A stretch of DNA of 64,000 bases, from contig NW_005434669.1 in assembly GCF_000315625.1 (NCBI RefSeq), forward strand, positions 695,638 to 759,637. The letters run 5' to 3'. Below the pieces are notes generated by a model. It had not been told where the DNA came from. It saw nothing but the letters and a program-made list of their open reading frames with translations, and ran no database searches. The translations under genes and the position numbers were made by a program. This DNA comes from Guillardia theta CCMP2712 (taxonomy: Eukaryota; Protista; Cryptophyta). Below, one piece after another: positions 24,101 through 37,214 of the stretch (position 1 is the first letter of the stretch; each line of letters opens with the position of its first letter).

Positions 24101-26867
24101 TCGTCACCTGAGCTCCTTTTCCCTGCTGTGGACACGCGACATGCCCTCCACCACAACTGCGCAGCCTCTTACTCTGGTCCTGCTGCCTCTTCCTCCTTTC
24201 TCATCTTTTTCTCTCCATGTCCTGAACTCACCCAGCAGCTGCTGTAAACCAGGCGAAAGAGAGGACGGAGGAGTAGGGGGAGGCTGCTCCCACTTGCGAT
24301 GCTCGCGCTCTTCCTAGTCATGGGTGAGGATGGAGGAGAGAGGAAAGGAAAGAACCTGATAGTCTCCCACTAGCAGTGGACGAGCAGGAAAGGAAAAGCA
24401 CTTGTACGACATGTCATTGATTTCACCGAAGATGGAAACCTGGAAGGTCGGGAATCAAAGGAGGCCAAAAATGAGGGCGAGGAGAAGACTGAGGAGGGGA
24501 GGTGAAGTGAGAAGGACGCTGCTCATGCTGCCTGTGGTAGTTCCGATGATGACAGAGAGGAGGAGAGACAGGGAGAGGATGCCTGGAGGAAATGCTCTCC
24601 TTCTTCAAGCAGGGGAACCGACAAGCCAAACGCCACTTCCTGCAGTCACATAACGATACGGGCAAACAGAGAGAAACAGCAGCAAGAGTAGAGGGAGGAG
24701 ACGATACACGCATAGGGATAGAACATGAAAGACGTAAGGAAGAGGAGAAGAGAAAGATAGGATGAGGACGTGGTGGTGGAGGAGAGAGCACCTCGTTGAG
24801 GGAGTTGACATGTATCGTTTGCGTCTTGGCGTGTCGACTAGGAAGGGAGTTGAGGTCTCGGCTGCTTCTCGTCTCCTCCTGCTCCTCTGACGGCATCGTG
24901 TTGGTCACCATCATGTAGAGGCCCGAAGGCGCGTCAGTGCTCGTCCTGCGAACCGACGCGTGGACTCGAGTGACGCCCTTCCTCTGCCGCCGCGGCAGAT
25001 CCAGGCCGACGAGGGCCACGCCCAGGCCCTGAGGAGGAGGAGAAGAGCTTGACGGGGAGAGGGAGGAAGCATCTTGCTCTAGATCCATCCTCTTGGTTTC
25101 CTTGCAACCTCGAGTTACGTCACAGTCAGAAAGGCAGCAGATACCTCAAGCTCGCGAGCCAAGCGATCAAACAGCTCGTGGAACCCGTCGAAGGTCGCGC
25201 CATCGCCAAGCAGAGCAGCTGCGAGGACATCGAGAGAGGAGGAGCAAGCAGCAGGATCCTTGAGCGCGCTCACGAGCTGCGAGGAGAAGGAAGAAACGGC
25301 TTCGAACACGACTTGTCCCCACCCCCTTTTGTACGAGCCGATGAAAATGGCGCCGACCCATCGAGCGAGAGGAGGAGAAAGCGGGAGGCTGAGGAGGCGA
25401 CGGAGAGCCGCAGAGAAATGCGACTGATCGCATGCGAGTGACGAGAAGTGACCAACCGCCTTGTCCACCAGACCCTGAGGACATGCGGTCACGAGGAGCA
25501 GAGCTGGAGGGAGAGGGAGGGAGACAGGAGGCACCTGCGGGCAGAGGCTGAGGACGATGCTCAAGGATGCGCTGGGGTTCTCGCTGCTGCTCATGTAGTA
25601 GCTCATCGTCTGCTCCATACTGTAGGCCAGGAAAGATTGACCAGCCGACGGATGGTCCCAAAGTGAGCGGAGAAACTCCAGAGCTCGAACAAGACACAGT
25701 CCTGCTGCTGCTCCTGCTGGTGACAGCAGCCTCACATCACTGTACGCACACTCGCAAGCAAAACCTTGAGCTCTCACTTCACGCACAAGATGAGCAGGGA
25801 GGTCGGGCCAATCCTCTTCCAGCAGGGGAGGCGGAGGAAACAACAGGAAAGACGTCGGGGCAGGACGATGAGAGCTGAGGGCAGACAAGAGAACTCGCGT
25901 GAACCGAACGATCGCCTCGCCTCTCCTCGACGACTTCGTTTCTCCTGGTCTCCAGCCCTCTGCGAGAGCCTCGTCGATGAGTGAGTCAAGGCGAGCAGAG
26001 GCCACCTGCTCTGAGGTGAGCAGGAGCAGGAGGAGGAGGACTCGTGTCGGATCACCAGCACATGCCCCAGCACGGCAAGAGGCTCGAGGGGAGGCCTGTC
26101 CTCCTGCAGGACGAGCGCCATCACATCCAGTAGCTTCAGCACAGTCAGGATGGAGTCAGGCGAGCACGTCAAGACCTGCTCGTCACTGAGCGTCCACGTG
26201 CCGAACCTCAAAAAGAGCAGGAGGAGCGCGGGGAGAGAAGCAGCCACCTCCGGCAGGCTCTTGTTCCGACATCCTTGCTCTAAGACCGAAGCAGCAAAGG
26301 ACGCCCCCCGGTCTAAAAGCAGCCTGACCCTAAAATTGAGAGCAGCCGGTGGAGGCAGAAGAGCAAGGGGAGGACGAGACAAGGCGGCAGGACAGTACGT
26401 GGTTGTTGTCTTAGTAGGATCAATGGCTCAGATAACAGAAACATCACCAGCACATCGAGAAATCATCATCTTCTTCATCTTCTTTATCATCATCATCATC
26501 TCCATCGTCGTCGTCGTCGTCGTCATCATCATCAATTCAAGAAAACAATCATCATTATCTTGCATTCTCCTCACCTTGACACGATCTCACTTCCCATTTC
26601 CTTACGAAGGCTGTCAGGACCTGTCAAGCAATCTCAGTTGCTTCACCCAACCACACCCGTGCTGACCCTCCATGCTCCACCCAGCCGCAGCTTGAGCCAG
26701 AACCTTAGCATCGCCTTCCGTCAGGCGCTTCGTTGCAAGGATAAGCTTCTGAACATGCTCATGTCAGCGACACTCGCAGCGTCTTCCACGTGTAGTACCT
26801 CGAACAGGTCGAGCTTGACTTGTAGAGGATGATCGCTTTCGATCAGCCCGTTGAAGATAGTCTCCAT
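21139..26867 (-). CDS. Ubiquitin-specific protease, USP35/USP38-like (helical N-terminus + C19 domain), many introns
   Basis: Start METIFNGLIESDHPLQVK; Cys box GIANIGN|SCYMSAFLQ (~23580-23740); QHDS; His box GHYVAYAR (~21400); WCKFDD; TPYLLLY at the end. Joining the N-terminal exons is inferred. Confidence 0.75.
21575..21822 (+). repeat. Intronic GA-rich minisatellite (GGAGATGAAAGGAGA-type) and (GAGAT)n
   Basis: Visible tandem units. Confidence 0.85.
22765..23020 (+). repeat. Intronic (AGAAG)n/(GGGAA)n/(GAGAG)n compound microsatellite
   Basis: Visible tandem pentamers. Confidence 0.9.
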
Positions 26868-27285
26868 CTCACAGTGTCTTCACTCGCACCTCTCACATCC
26901 CTCCTCCTCCTCCTCCTCCTCCACCATTTGCCGTCATCGTCACTTCCATCCCTTGAGCATTTTTCCTAGGGAGCGACTGGCCAACCCCTACACAGGAGGG
27001 CAATGGCGGAACTGATGGCGGAAGCAATGGCGGTCTGAATGGCGGTATGGCGACGGAAACAAGTGAGAGACGATGACGTGTGGAGGAAGCGGAAGGGAAG
27101 AAGACAAGAAAACACAGTCAGACATGCTTGTCTTGTGATAGACGCGATATATGTTCGCACAGTGATGTGGAGGATGTCTTGTAGTAGCAGATAGAGAATG
27201 ACATGTAGTGGCGGGCTGCAAACCTACTGGCAGAGGTGAAAGGAGGCGGAGGATGTGAGAGCGAGTAGCTGGCACATGTCTGGTC

Positions 27286-27774
27286 ATGCATGGTATCTGT
27301 CTTGAACTTGTTCGCAGGCTTCAAGGTTGGTGACGTCACTCGTCGATCAGCCGGCGTCAGCCTCAAGGCTAAAGTTGTGAGGGTGTGCGTTCAAGGGCGA
27401 GCAGGAGAGGAGCACGAAGGAGGGTACGGAGACGTTCTGATAGGAGATGTGAGGAGGCCCCACTGCTCCTTCCGCATCCTCACCTCCTGCTGTCATGGCA
27501 GGAAACTGGATGCATTCTACTGCTGGCTGCGGGTGCGGAGCTCGGCATGTTGACGCCAGGAAGCAGTGTCCTCCTTCGCAACGTCTCCATCGAAGTTCTG
27601 CATCAGCGCATGCGACTTACGATCGGTCGTTGGGGAAGCATGGAACCGTTGGAGCCTGGTCTCACTTGCGAGGTGAATGTAAGTGAGTTCATGAGAACTG
27701 TTTGTCTCCTTGACATCTGGTGGCAGTTGGAAAACGACTTGTCGTCGAGAGATGTCGCAAGCGATGATAGTTAG
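27286..27774 (+). CDS. Small OB-fold nucleic-acid-binding protein (plant At4g28440-like)
   Basis: FKVGDV...LKAKVV...LIGD|ETGCILL...PGSSVLLRNVSI...MRLTIGRWGSME, the typical single-OB-fold pattern. Confidence 0.8.
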
Positions 27775-27789
27775 AGGGAGTGAGGATGT

Positions 27790-28650
27790 AGGGCCTTGTG
27801 CATGTGACTTTCATGGTTGCACGTTCCAACACTGGCGTGTATCAACCCGGTTGCGAATCATCTTGTAAGTGTGATGTCCTGCACGAAGTCTTCCCTGCTT
27901 GTCACAGTCAGCGATGGCGCAGCAACGTGTCACTGGACCTGAGGATCGCCAATGAGTTCTTGATGATGTTGAGCCCGTTGTTGTGATCCTTCTGCGCATG
28001 AGACGACAGCAGCTTGCTTCTCTCGGTGTGATATGCCATGTCGAGATCTTCATAGTGACCATGAGTGAACCCTCCTCCTCCTCCTCCTCCTCCTCCTCCT
28101 CCTGTCACCTTCTCTAATGTGGATGGACGAGGCTTGAGGCGACGGCTGCGAGTAGTCGCCGAGCTCGTGCTCCAGCTCCCAGTCCCGGCACTCGAGGATC
28201 GACTCGACTGCCTTGGCCCGCACGATCTCGAGAGGAACTAGCCCGCTCTTGGCAGACGATACCTGAGGAGCCAAAAGCAGGACAGTTAGCTCCGATGCAT
28301 GCGATATGCCCTTGTGCTTGCGCTACCTGTCCCCTCCCTTCACTCCTGGGCCTGTACGGAGCTGAGACGCTGAAGTTAGCATGTTTGTCTGCTCCGAGCA
28401 TCGCGATCGCCCTCGGTTTTCTTTTCCAGTTGGCTAGACGGATCTCATTGAGAATCTCCTGTACCAGAGCCCTCATTCTCACAGACCCTCCGCTCGCCCG
28501 CTCCTGCTCGAAGAGAAGCTCGTCGGGAGCTGCGAGGGAAGACAGCTGGACTCGATCGAGATCTCTGACAGACACTCGACAGCCTCCTCCTGCCCAACCA
28601 GCAAGAAGCATCCTGCTTCCGCAAAAGCATCCGCAGAGACCATTGGACAT
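27790..28650 (-). CDS. Hypothetical protein
   Basis: Consecutive coding-like minus-strand ORFs separated by short GT-AG introns; no recognisable motif. Confidence 0.4.
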
Positions 28651-29052
28651 GCTCTTTCACTCAAGCAGCGCTCCTCGTGCCCTCGTCGCACGCTAATGCC
28701 AATGGGAAGGTAATTTTGAGGAGCAGCAGGGGGAGGAGATGTGGAGGAAGGGAGAGGAGGTGGAGGAGGGGAGGAGGAGATAGAGGAGGGGAGGAGGAGA
28801 TAGAGGAGGGGAGAGGAGGTGGAGGAGGTGGAGGAGGAAGTGATGGTGGTGGTGGTGGTGGAGGGGAGAGAAGGTGGAGGAGGGGAGGATGAGATGGAGG
28901 AGGTGGTGGGCTGCACCAAGGCAGGGACCAAGGGAGCCGGGGCAGACGACCAAAAGCGATCTGGCAGTGAGTCCCCTATCTCTTATTGCTGTCCTGATTA
29001 TTATCATATCATAGCACCTGAGGCAGACTTGATGTTGAAGGGTCATGCCGTG

Positions 29053-30426
29053 ATGGCCGACCGACTGTGGATGCCGGCTGCGGCAGGGGCGACGCTGGTA
29101 TTGATGGTGATGACAGGCCTAGGTAAGAGAAGACAAGGAGGAGGGAGGGATGGAGGGAGGGATGGAGGGAGGGATGGAGGGAGGGATGGAGGGAGGGATG
29201 GAGGGAGGGATGGAGGGAGGGAGATGCTAGTCTGAGGTCTCATCTTTTTGTGCAGCAGGATGGACATCCGAGAGAAGAATCGAGGCGCAAGGTTTGCTTC
29301 TATACTTGGCATTGAGATCGTCTGTTGACGTGGAGGAGCAGGCAGCTTCAAGTGCTTCGTCGTAGACGGGAAGGCGAAATGTCTGCCCAAACAGCGAATG
29401 CTTGCAAATGAGAAGCAGGAAGCCAAGGTAAAATGACTTGACCCCTTCGCGCATGACAAGCGCAGGTCACCATCTCAGCAGCGAGGCTCTCTAAGGTGCT
29501 GGAACGAGCCAAAGAAAATCGCAGGATAGCAGACGAACTTCTCCGAACAGGTTGCGCTTACCCTGCTCTCCTGATCGATTGAAGCTCTTCAAAGAGGGAC
29601 TGGAAGGGTTGCAGAGAAATCAGAAGAGAATCGCGGAGTTGGCTGCCGCGAAGATCAGGGGGATGAAGTAGTTGATTGCTGGGGCCATGTCGGGGTATTG
29701 ATGCTCTTCTCTAGCCGCATGCTTGGTGCGCTCGAGGCCTCCAACGAGGGCGTCGTGAGGGAGCTGGTTGGCCGCCCTCGCACGACTCTCCGTGTGACAT
29801 GTCGATGCAGATCGAGAAGGCTTCTGCTCCTGGCCCAGAGGGTCCTCGCGGCCCTCCAGGTCCTTTCGGAGCAGCTGGTCAGTTGCAAGACATCGCTTCC
29901 TCTCATGCCATGCTCTCCTCCTCGTCTCATGATGAGCTCTCCTCCTGACTTCTGCCAGGTCTCTCAAACCTCCCGGGTCCGCCGGGACCTCCAGGACCTC
30001 CAGGACCGCAGGCAAGTCGAGGCTGCTTGCTTGCTTGCTTGCTTGCTGCTGTGTTCTCACCTCTTCGTGTGCAGGGCGACCCCGGACCCTCCGGCAGGGA
30101 CGGACCTCCCGGACCTCCCGGACCTCATGGGCTGCAAGGGACGGAAGGGAAGGAGGGCGAGGAGGGAGACGAGGGCCCGGAGGGCAAGGAAGGCGCTCCC
30201 GGTGAGTGAGAGGGTCAAGATGCGCGGGGACTGAGGTATGAGAAGGTCCTCCGGGCCCGGAAGGACAACAGGGGCTTCAGGGGCTGCCAGGACGGGCAGG
30301 CAAGGGCGGCACACGAGGACAGGTGCTGTGCGCTGCTGCTTGTCAGACCTCACGCTGCTGCAGGCTGGACCAGCAGGACCGCAGGGGATGCCAGGACTGC
30401 CTGCTCGCATCATGTCGTGGCGATGA
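29053..30426 (+). CDS. Collagen-like (Gly-X-Y) protein with N-terminal hydrophobic segment
   Basis: [14 protein letters not shown]|[42 protein letters not shown]|[16 protein letters not shown]|[12 protein letters not shown]; N-terminus [23 protein letters not shown]. Confidence 0.75.
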
Positions 30427-30429
30427 GAG

Positions 30430-33400
30430 ATGGGAGGGTAGGAGGTGTCGGAGGAGGAAGAAGCTCCTTTGCTCTGCTGCGTTTTCTCTCGCTCGACAAT
30501 ATCTGCTCTCACTTTGATCGGGGCCACAACGAGTCGCTGACGTAGGCCCATGCTCCCTGAGCAAGACTTTCATCGCGTGAGCAGCAGCCGTCGAGCTTCA
30601 CCTTGATGCCTTCGACTAGCGTCTTCCATGATGTCTTCACCTCCATCATCGTCTCTGCAGCCACCGCAGCCACCTGCCTCCTGTCATGCCGTCGCGATTG
30701 CAAGCTCTGTTACCTCTCCCTCCCCTCCCAGATGGCGAGCAAGCCGGTAGAAGCTCAGAGCTCGCTGCTCGTCCGCCGCCACTCCTAACCCCCGTTCGTA
30801 CATCTGACCAAGCGCGATGGCAGCCCTGAGACCTCGATGAGGTGGAGGAGGAGTAGAGGAAAGGAGAAAAGGAGGAACTGCAGGCGAGATGGAGAGGCGA
30901 TGATGATCGAAGAGGAGGGAGAGGAAGGAGGGAGGGAGAGGAGGAGAACACGAGAGAGGTCTGCCAGGCGCACCGGGCCATGTAAGAGTCATGCTGTGTC
31001 AGCGCCTTCTCATAGAGTCTTGTGGCTGACTCGTATCGCTTCTCCTCCATCGCCATGTCCCCCAGCCACACTGTCAGCAACTTCACTCGCTCGCCAGGGA
31101 AGCGACGGAAGGGACCTGAAGCTTCGCCGCTTCCCTGCATCGACGCCTTCTCGAGCAGAGCGACGGCAAAGCTCCTGCTGCAGTTGACGTCGCCCCTCGT
31201 CTCCGGCTGCTCAACTCGCGCCTGCGCCTCGTCAGATGGTGCTCGACCCTCGTCCTGCGCGCACCAGCCCCTTGAGGATCATCCAAGCTGCGTTACACTG
31301 CGCCACCTCGAAACCGACTTGCGCTGCTCGCTGCTCGCTTGTTAGTCTGAGCAGGAGGCGAGGGAAGGGACCAGATACAGCTTGAACGCGTTGGCGTACT
31401 TCCTCCGCTTGAACAAGGTGTATGCGTTCTTGAGGACGTCAGCCCATGGCCCTCGTTCCTGCTGACTGCTCAGCTGGTCATGTCAGAGGTATCAAGACTT
31501 ACAGCTACGAGCTTCATGAGGAAAGCTGCGTCGAAGCAGCTGCATGGAACCAAGATGTTCAGCGAAGCTCCTCCGCCTGCTCTGCTCTCCCTACCTCCTC
31601 TCAGTACCCCATCCGAACCAGTAGCTTTGACCCAGCATGTACATCGCCTTGAAGTGACCCCGCTGCTGGCAAGTCAACGTGGCCGGGAAGGGAGAGGGGG
31701 AGGGAGGGACCATGGCGGAGGCGTGAAAGCATCTAAAGGCTTCCGTGCGGTTCCGTTCGACTCCTTGCCTGGCAGGCGCATGAGTTCGACTTCCTCTCGC
31801 TCTGCCGCCTGACCCTCCTCGAAGCATCTCCCCCATGTTGAACAGCGCCTGCACGTCGTTCCTTTCGGCGGCTTTCTTGTAGAACTCGTAGGCCTGCCAT
31901 GAGTCAGGCGATCAGAAGAGGCAGAGGACAGAAGGGGAAGGTGAAGCTCGAGGAGGTAGGGGAGAGAAGACCTTGCTGTAGTTCTGTTCAGCACTTCCTA
32001 GACCATAGTAGTGGATGTAGCCCAGCCCTACGTAGCCTCCAGGTTCTCCGAGTGCAATGGCTGAAGGAGCGTTAATGAAGTTTCAGGAATAGAAGGAGGC
32101 ACGGGAGGAGGTGGGAGGAGGTGGGGGGAGGTGGGAGGAGGAGGAGGAGGAGGAGGAGGAGGAGGAGGAGGAGGAGGAGGAGGAGGAAGAGGAGGAAGAG
32201 GAGGAGGAGGAATTCGTTTTGCCTCTCTCGAATTTCTCAATCGCCTTGGTTACATTCTTCTCAGTTCCCCAGCCGTTGGCCAGCATGTACCTTCCCGCCC
32301 AGCTCTCACGCCCGCCTCATCAGAACCTCCCGGCGACTCACCCGTGATTAGCGAGAGCAAGCCCGTCCTCGGCTTCTGCGGCTTTCTCGAGATAAGCCTA
32401 GCGCAGAGATTTCACTGCTAGCGAGGAGGAGGGGGAGGGGAGGGGGAAGCAGCACAGGAGGAAACTGCAGCAGGAGAGTAGAGGAGCTTACCGCGCCCTG
32501 CTCCAAGTCGCGCTCGGATCCTTTGATCCCATGGAACTTTCTGATCGCAAACTGACATGCTTCAGTCAACACCTTCCCTCCTCTCCTCTCTCCTCACCTG
32601 AATCTGAGCCTCAACAGCCTCCTTCCCTCCTCCTTTGTCCGCCTAAACCCTCAACTCAGCCAGCCACCTGCGAGCAGGCATGTCGACCTTGTGCTGCAGG
32701 AACTGCAGCTGAGCATCGTCCTCCCTTTCGTCCTTGGCTGGATCCCATTCCACCTGTAGAGGGTGAGAGGAGGAGGCGACGGAGCGTCTCAGCACCTCCG
32801 ATAGCCTCACTTGCTCCCCCTCAGCGTCGCTCCCTCCGTGTTTCTGCTCGACAAGCGAGGACATCAGCTCATGGCTGTCACAGCAGCTGCAAGTACCTCG
32901 ATGGCCTTTGACGCCAAGTCAGCAGCGGCGCGATACCAGTGGAAGGCTCGGCTGCAAAGCTCCTCGTCCTTCTGCGCCAGGAGACTTCCTGCCCCGGAGC
33001 TCTCATAGTGCCTGTAACCCATCGCCAGCAGCGCCAGCTCACTTCCTCTCTGAGCAGCGTCGTGCAGCCAAGTCTCGCTCTCCGTAGCCAGGATGGAAAC
33101 ATGCTCTTCCTTCCAGCTCTGCTCGGTGCTGCAGTTCCTTTGCCATGCCGTCACTTGAAGCGCCTGCTTGACTCCAAGCACAAACTTGGCGTCGCGGCTT
33201 CCCATGCTGGCTGCCAGCTGGTAGGTGACGTCAGCAGCCTCGATTTCTTGAAACTCTTTCATCTCAGCCAGTAGGTATGCGGCCCGCGCACTCCCCAGCT
33301 TGAAAGCGTTTGACAACTTGCCAGCAGCTGCCTCGAAGGCTGCAGCAGCGCTCGCGTATGTGGCAGAATGAGAACCGAAGCGAGCGAAGCTCAAGGCTTT

Positions 33401-34915
33401 CTCCGCCTCCACGAGCAATTCTTTCTCCTCCTCCTCTTCCTCCTCCTTCTCCTCCCCTTCCTTGCCTTGTGAGAACACGCACTTGAACCCGAGCTCTGTG
33501 TCACAATCCAGCTGTGACCAGACCTCCTGCACGTCAGATAGGTACACGGCTGTCCCCCAGGAGACGCACGGCTGGATCTCGTAGCGACGTTTCATCTGCT
33601 GGCACTGATCTGTCCTTATCACGTCCTCTTGGTCTCGATGCGACGCGCTGACTTCAACCTTGTCCGCGTCTGTCGATTGCGCGAGGAAGGAAGGGATGGA
33701 ATCAGAGTCGACGCTGCTCTCCGCTGACGCCTTCCCCTCCTCCTCCTCGATGTTGGCTGTGGCGATGTACTCGAAGTGCATCGGCTCTCTCACTTCGATC
33801 TCTATCCTACGCGGCTGCTCCAACTTCCCAAGAAGCTCTCGCTCAACCTCTACGAGCGCTGCTTCAGCCGCTTCACTTGCACCATGACCCTCCTGCTCCT
33901 CCTGCTCCTCCTGCTCCTCCTGCTCCTCCTGCTCCTCCTGCTGTTCGGATTTCTTCTGCTCTTTGCTTTCGTGTTGCACGTGCAGCAGGCGATCGGAGAA
34001 GATAGCGTGGTCCTCGCTGAAGAAGCGAACGTCCCTCGCGTCTGCTCCCGCTGGCGCCAACTGGACGGACTCGCTCGAGCTCTCAACTAGCGGGTCTCTG
34101 GGCGCGAGGAGCCGGAGGTGCTCTAGTGACGTCACCTGCAAGCAGTCAGGAGGGGGAGGGGGGGAGAGAAATACCTCGTAGCCTGCGTAGAAGGAGCCGC
34201 GGATGAGGAGCCGATCAAGCGTCTGGATCACTCGCCTTGTTTCCTCCCCCTCTGCTATCCTGCCGTCATGTGTATGACGCCATCCTGACTGCAAGTCGTT
34301 GTCAGAAGTCGATCGTCACCTCGTCTCGTCTCGTCTCGTCTCGTCTCGTCTCGTCTTCTCTCCTCACCTCAGGCTTGTCGAGGTTGATGGTGATGTCAGA
34401 GAAGGGCACCCAGGGATCGAACACGCCGGTCAGTCCGACGGAGAGGTTGGAGGTCGACGCCATGACGATGTCGAAGTGTGAGAGAGCATCGCGATGGAGC
34501 GAGTTGAACTCGGGGTGTGAGATCCTAGTGCTGGCGTGAGGGCCTGGGAGGAGAAGGGGGGAGGGAGAACTACCTCAAGGACAGAGAGGTCGCTCGCCGG
34601 ACTCTCTGCAGGAAGTGTCTCGGCGCGGAGAAGAACCTGAGGCAGCACGTCACCTCACCACCTCTGTCGCTCATGCTCCAACCAGATCTCGTCGCCCTCA
34701 TCCCCTCCAGCCAGCGACGCCCCGAAGGTGCTCAGGTTCTGACACCCCAGCCCCCAGCAGCTCCAGCCGTCCACGTCGAAGAAAGGAAAGTTGTGCTCCA
34801 CCATGGTCGCCTGCTCCCTCGCTTCCCTAGCATCGCACTCGACTGCTGCATGGAACAATATGTTCGAGCAGAGGAGAATCGCGGCGAGGCTCGACGAGGA
34901 GCATAACTTTGACAT
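30430..34915 (-). CDS. Secretory-pathway SEL1-repeat protein (SEL1L/Hrd3-like); 3' end approximate
   Basis: Signal peptide MSKLCSSSSLAAILLCSNILFHAAVEC; multiple SLR motifs (LAMGYRHY..CSRAFHWYRAAA, YMLANGWGTEKNVTKA, LGYIHYYGLG, ALFNMGEM, LGQSYWFGWG, LGQMYERGLGV). Confidence 0.8.
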
Positions 34916-34944
34916 TTCGACGGCAAAGAGAAGCGAAGTGAAAG

Positions 34945-35298
34945 GGAGAGGAGAGGAGAGGAGAGGAGAGGAGACGCGATGCGATGCGATGCGATGACAG
35001 GAGAGGAGAGGAGAGGAGAGGAGAGGAGAGGAGAGGAGAGGAGAGGAGAGGAGAGGAGAGGAGAGGAGAGGAGAGGAGAGGAGAGGAGAGGAGAGGAGAG
35101 GAGAGGAGAGGAGAGGAGAGGAGAGGAGAGGAGAGGAGAGGAGAGGAGAGGAGAGGAGAGGAGAGGAGAGGAGAGGAGAGGAGAGGAGAGGAGAGGAGAG
35201 AAGAGGAGAGGAGAGGAGAGGAGAGGAGAGGAGAGGATGGGAGGGGAGATGCGATTCGATGCGATCAGAGGAGAGGAGAGAGGAGAGAGGAGAGAGGA
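34945..35298 (+). repeat. (GAGAG)n pentamer microsatellite between divergent genes
   Basis: About 48 pure units at 34999-35235. Confidence 0.97.
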
Positions 35299-35385
35299 GA
35301 TCAGTTTCGATGCGATGTCAGTTGTTTCGTGTATCTCCCGCCATTACCATTATTAACTAAAACTTATCTTGAATTTCTTCGCCCG

Positions 35386-37183
35386 ATGCTGTTGGCTGTG
35401 CGAGTTCTGTTCCCTGGGGAGCAGAGGAGGAGGAGGAGGAGGAGGCGAGAAGGCAAGGCAGAGGACGATGATGATGATGATGATGATGATGATGAGGAGG
35501 AGGAGGAGGAGGAGGAGGGAGCGAGCAGCAGCAGGGGACTGCAGGGGCGTTTCGCTGCTGCTCGCTGTCGCATTCTTGCTAAGAGTGAGGGTCTCAAGGG
35601 ACTACGTCATCCGCATCTCGCGGCGTATGTTGAGGTGGTGGAGGTCAGGGGCCGCATCCTCCTCGTCTCCTCCTCCTACAAGCGGAGCCTCGCCATGTCG
35701 CTCGTCCAGGGCTCGGCGCTCAGTCTTCAGCTCTGCGTCACAATCTGCCTACACGTTCTGAGCGCGTTGGAGTTTCTGCATGGCCGGGGCATCGCGCATG
35801 GCATGCTGAGCCCCTTCTGCGTTCTCTTTCGAGCAGACGACCATCTTGTCCTCGGCGACTTCGGCCTGTCGCATGCGACTGACCATGGCGCCGACGTCGA
35901 CTCGTTCTTAGGCATCGTTGACTTTAGGGCGCCCGAGACCTTCAGAGGGGAGACGCGAGTGGCGGGGACGCCGGCAGGAGACGTCTGGTCCTTGGCGTGC
36001 GTTCTCTTCCTCGCCTTCACTGGAGCGCTGCCATGGGATGCGGATGAGCAGCACAAGGGTTGGAGCAAGTCGCCCTCCTCCCGCGGCGACGCTTCCTCCC
36101 TCCTCTCAGTAGTGCTGGGCATCCTGAGCTTCGCTGGATGCGTGAGACGTTGTGGAAGTGCTCGCGAGAGAAGCGCAGGGAGCGCGAGCTGGTCCTCCTC
36201 CTTCGATCGCTTCCGTCAGGATTTCTTCCCTTCCCTGCGAGACTCTGAGTTCGGCCTCGCCAAGATGCTGCACGCCATGCTCAATCCTCACGCGCCCTGT
36301 CGGCCGACCAGCGAGACTCTGCTGTCGAATCCCATCTTTGAGGAGGAGAAGGTGAGGATGCGGTTGAGGGAGAAGCGCTGCTTCGATCACCAGCACACCT
36401 TCGATCATCTCGATCTCGACGTCGAGTCCCTTCCTGCTCCTCCTTCTCCTCCTCCTGTTGCCTCCGGCGAGATTGAGATGGAAGTGGCAGGAGAGGAGGA
36501 GTTTCTCTTTCGCAGCTTCTTCTACTGCTGGCTCGCCGCTGGCGGCGACGTCTTACGCTTCATGAAGGGGACGGGAGGGAGTTCCAAGCCTCCCATCTCG
36601 AGGCTCCCGCCACTCGGCCCCATCGATGAGCGATCTCCTGCCATGGCGAAGGAGCAGCTGGAGGAGGAGATCGCGAGCTTCAGTGTGCCCGTGAGCGAGA
36701 TGGTGCAGGAGTTGCAGGAGGACAAGGAGTCGACGTGCCGAGTATTCCCTCCTTCCTTCATCGGCATGGCAGCACTCACTGGCATCGAGCGGCTCCCCAA
36801 GAAGCAGGCGAAGTCGATCTGGAGCTTGTCGAAGAGGATGCGACGTGCGATCTCTGCAAAGGCTTCTCCTCACTTCGACCTCTCCCTTGCTCAGCTGGAG
36901 GTCCCACGACGAGCGCAGCAGCTGCAGGAGCTCTGCCCTCAGCTTGAGCTGCCTGCGCCGGTGCGAGGAGACGTGTGGGGATGGCTGCTGGGGGTGGAGG
37001 CGAGCTGGAGCCGCGAGAGGTTCGAGTTCCTGCAAGCTCAGACGTGCGACGGCGAGTCGTTGAAGCAGATCAACAAGGACGTGCGGAGGTGTCACCAGTA
37101 CCATCCGCTGCTCTCCTGTCACGTCGGACAGGTTCTCTCGCACTCCTCAAACCCGCACCCGCACCACTACCACCACCACCTTC

Positions 37184-37214
<31 letters not shown>

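Noticed and set aside
34984-35385. N-terminal RGEER repeats of the 788-aa ORF
   Set aside because: In-frame read-through of the (GAGAG)n microsatellite; TBCK similarity starts at the ATG near 35386.
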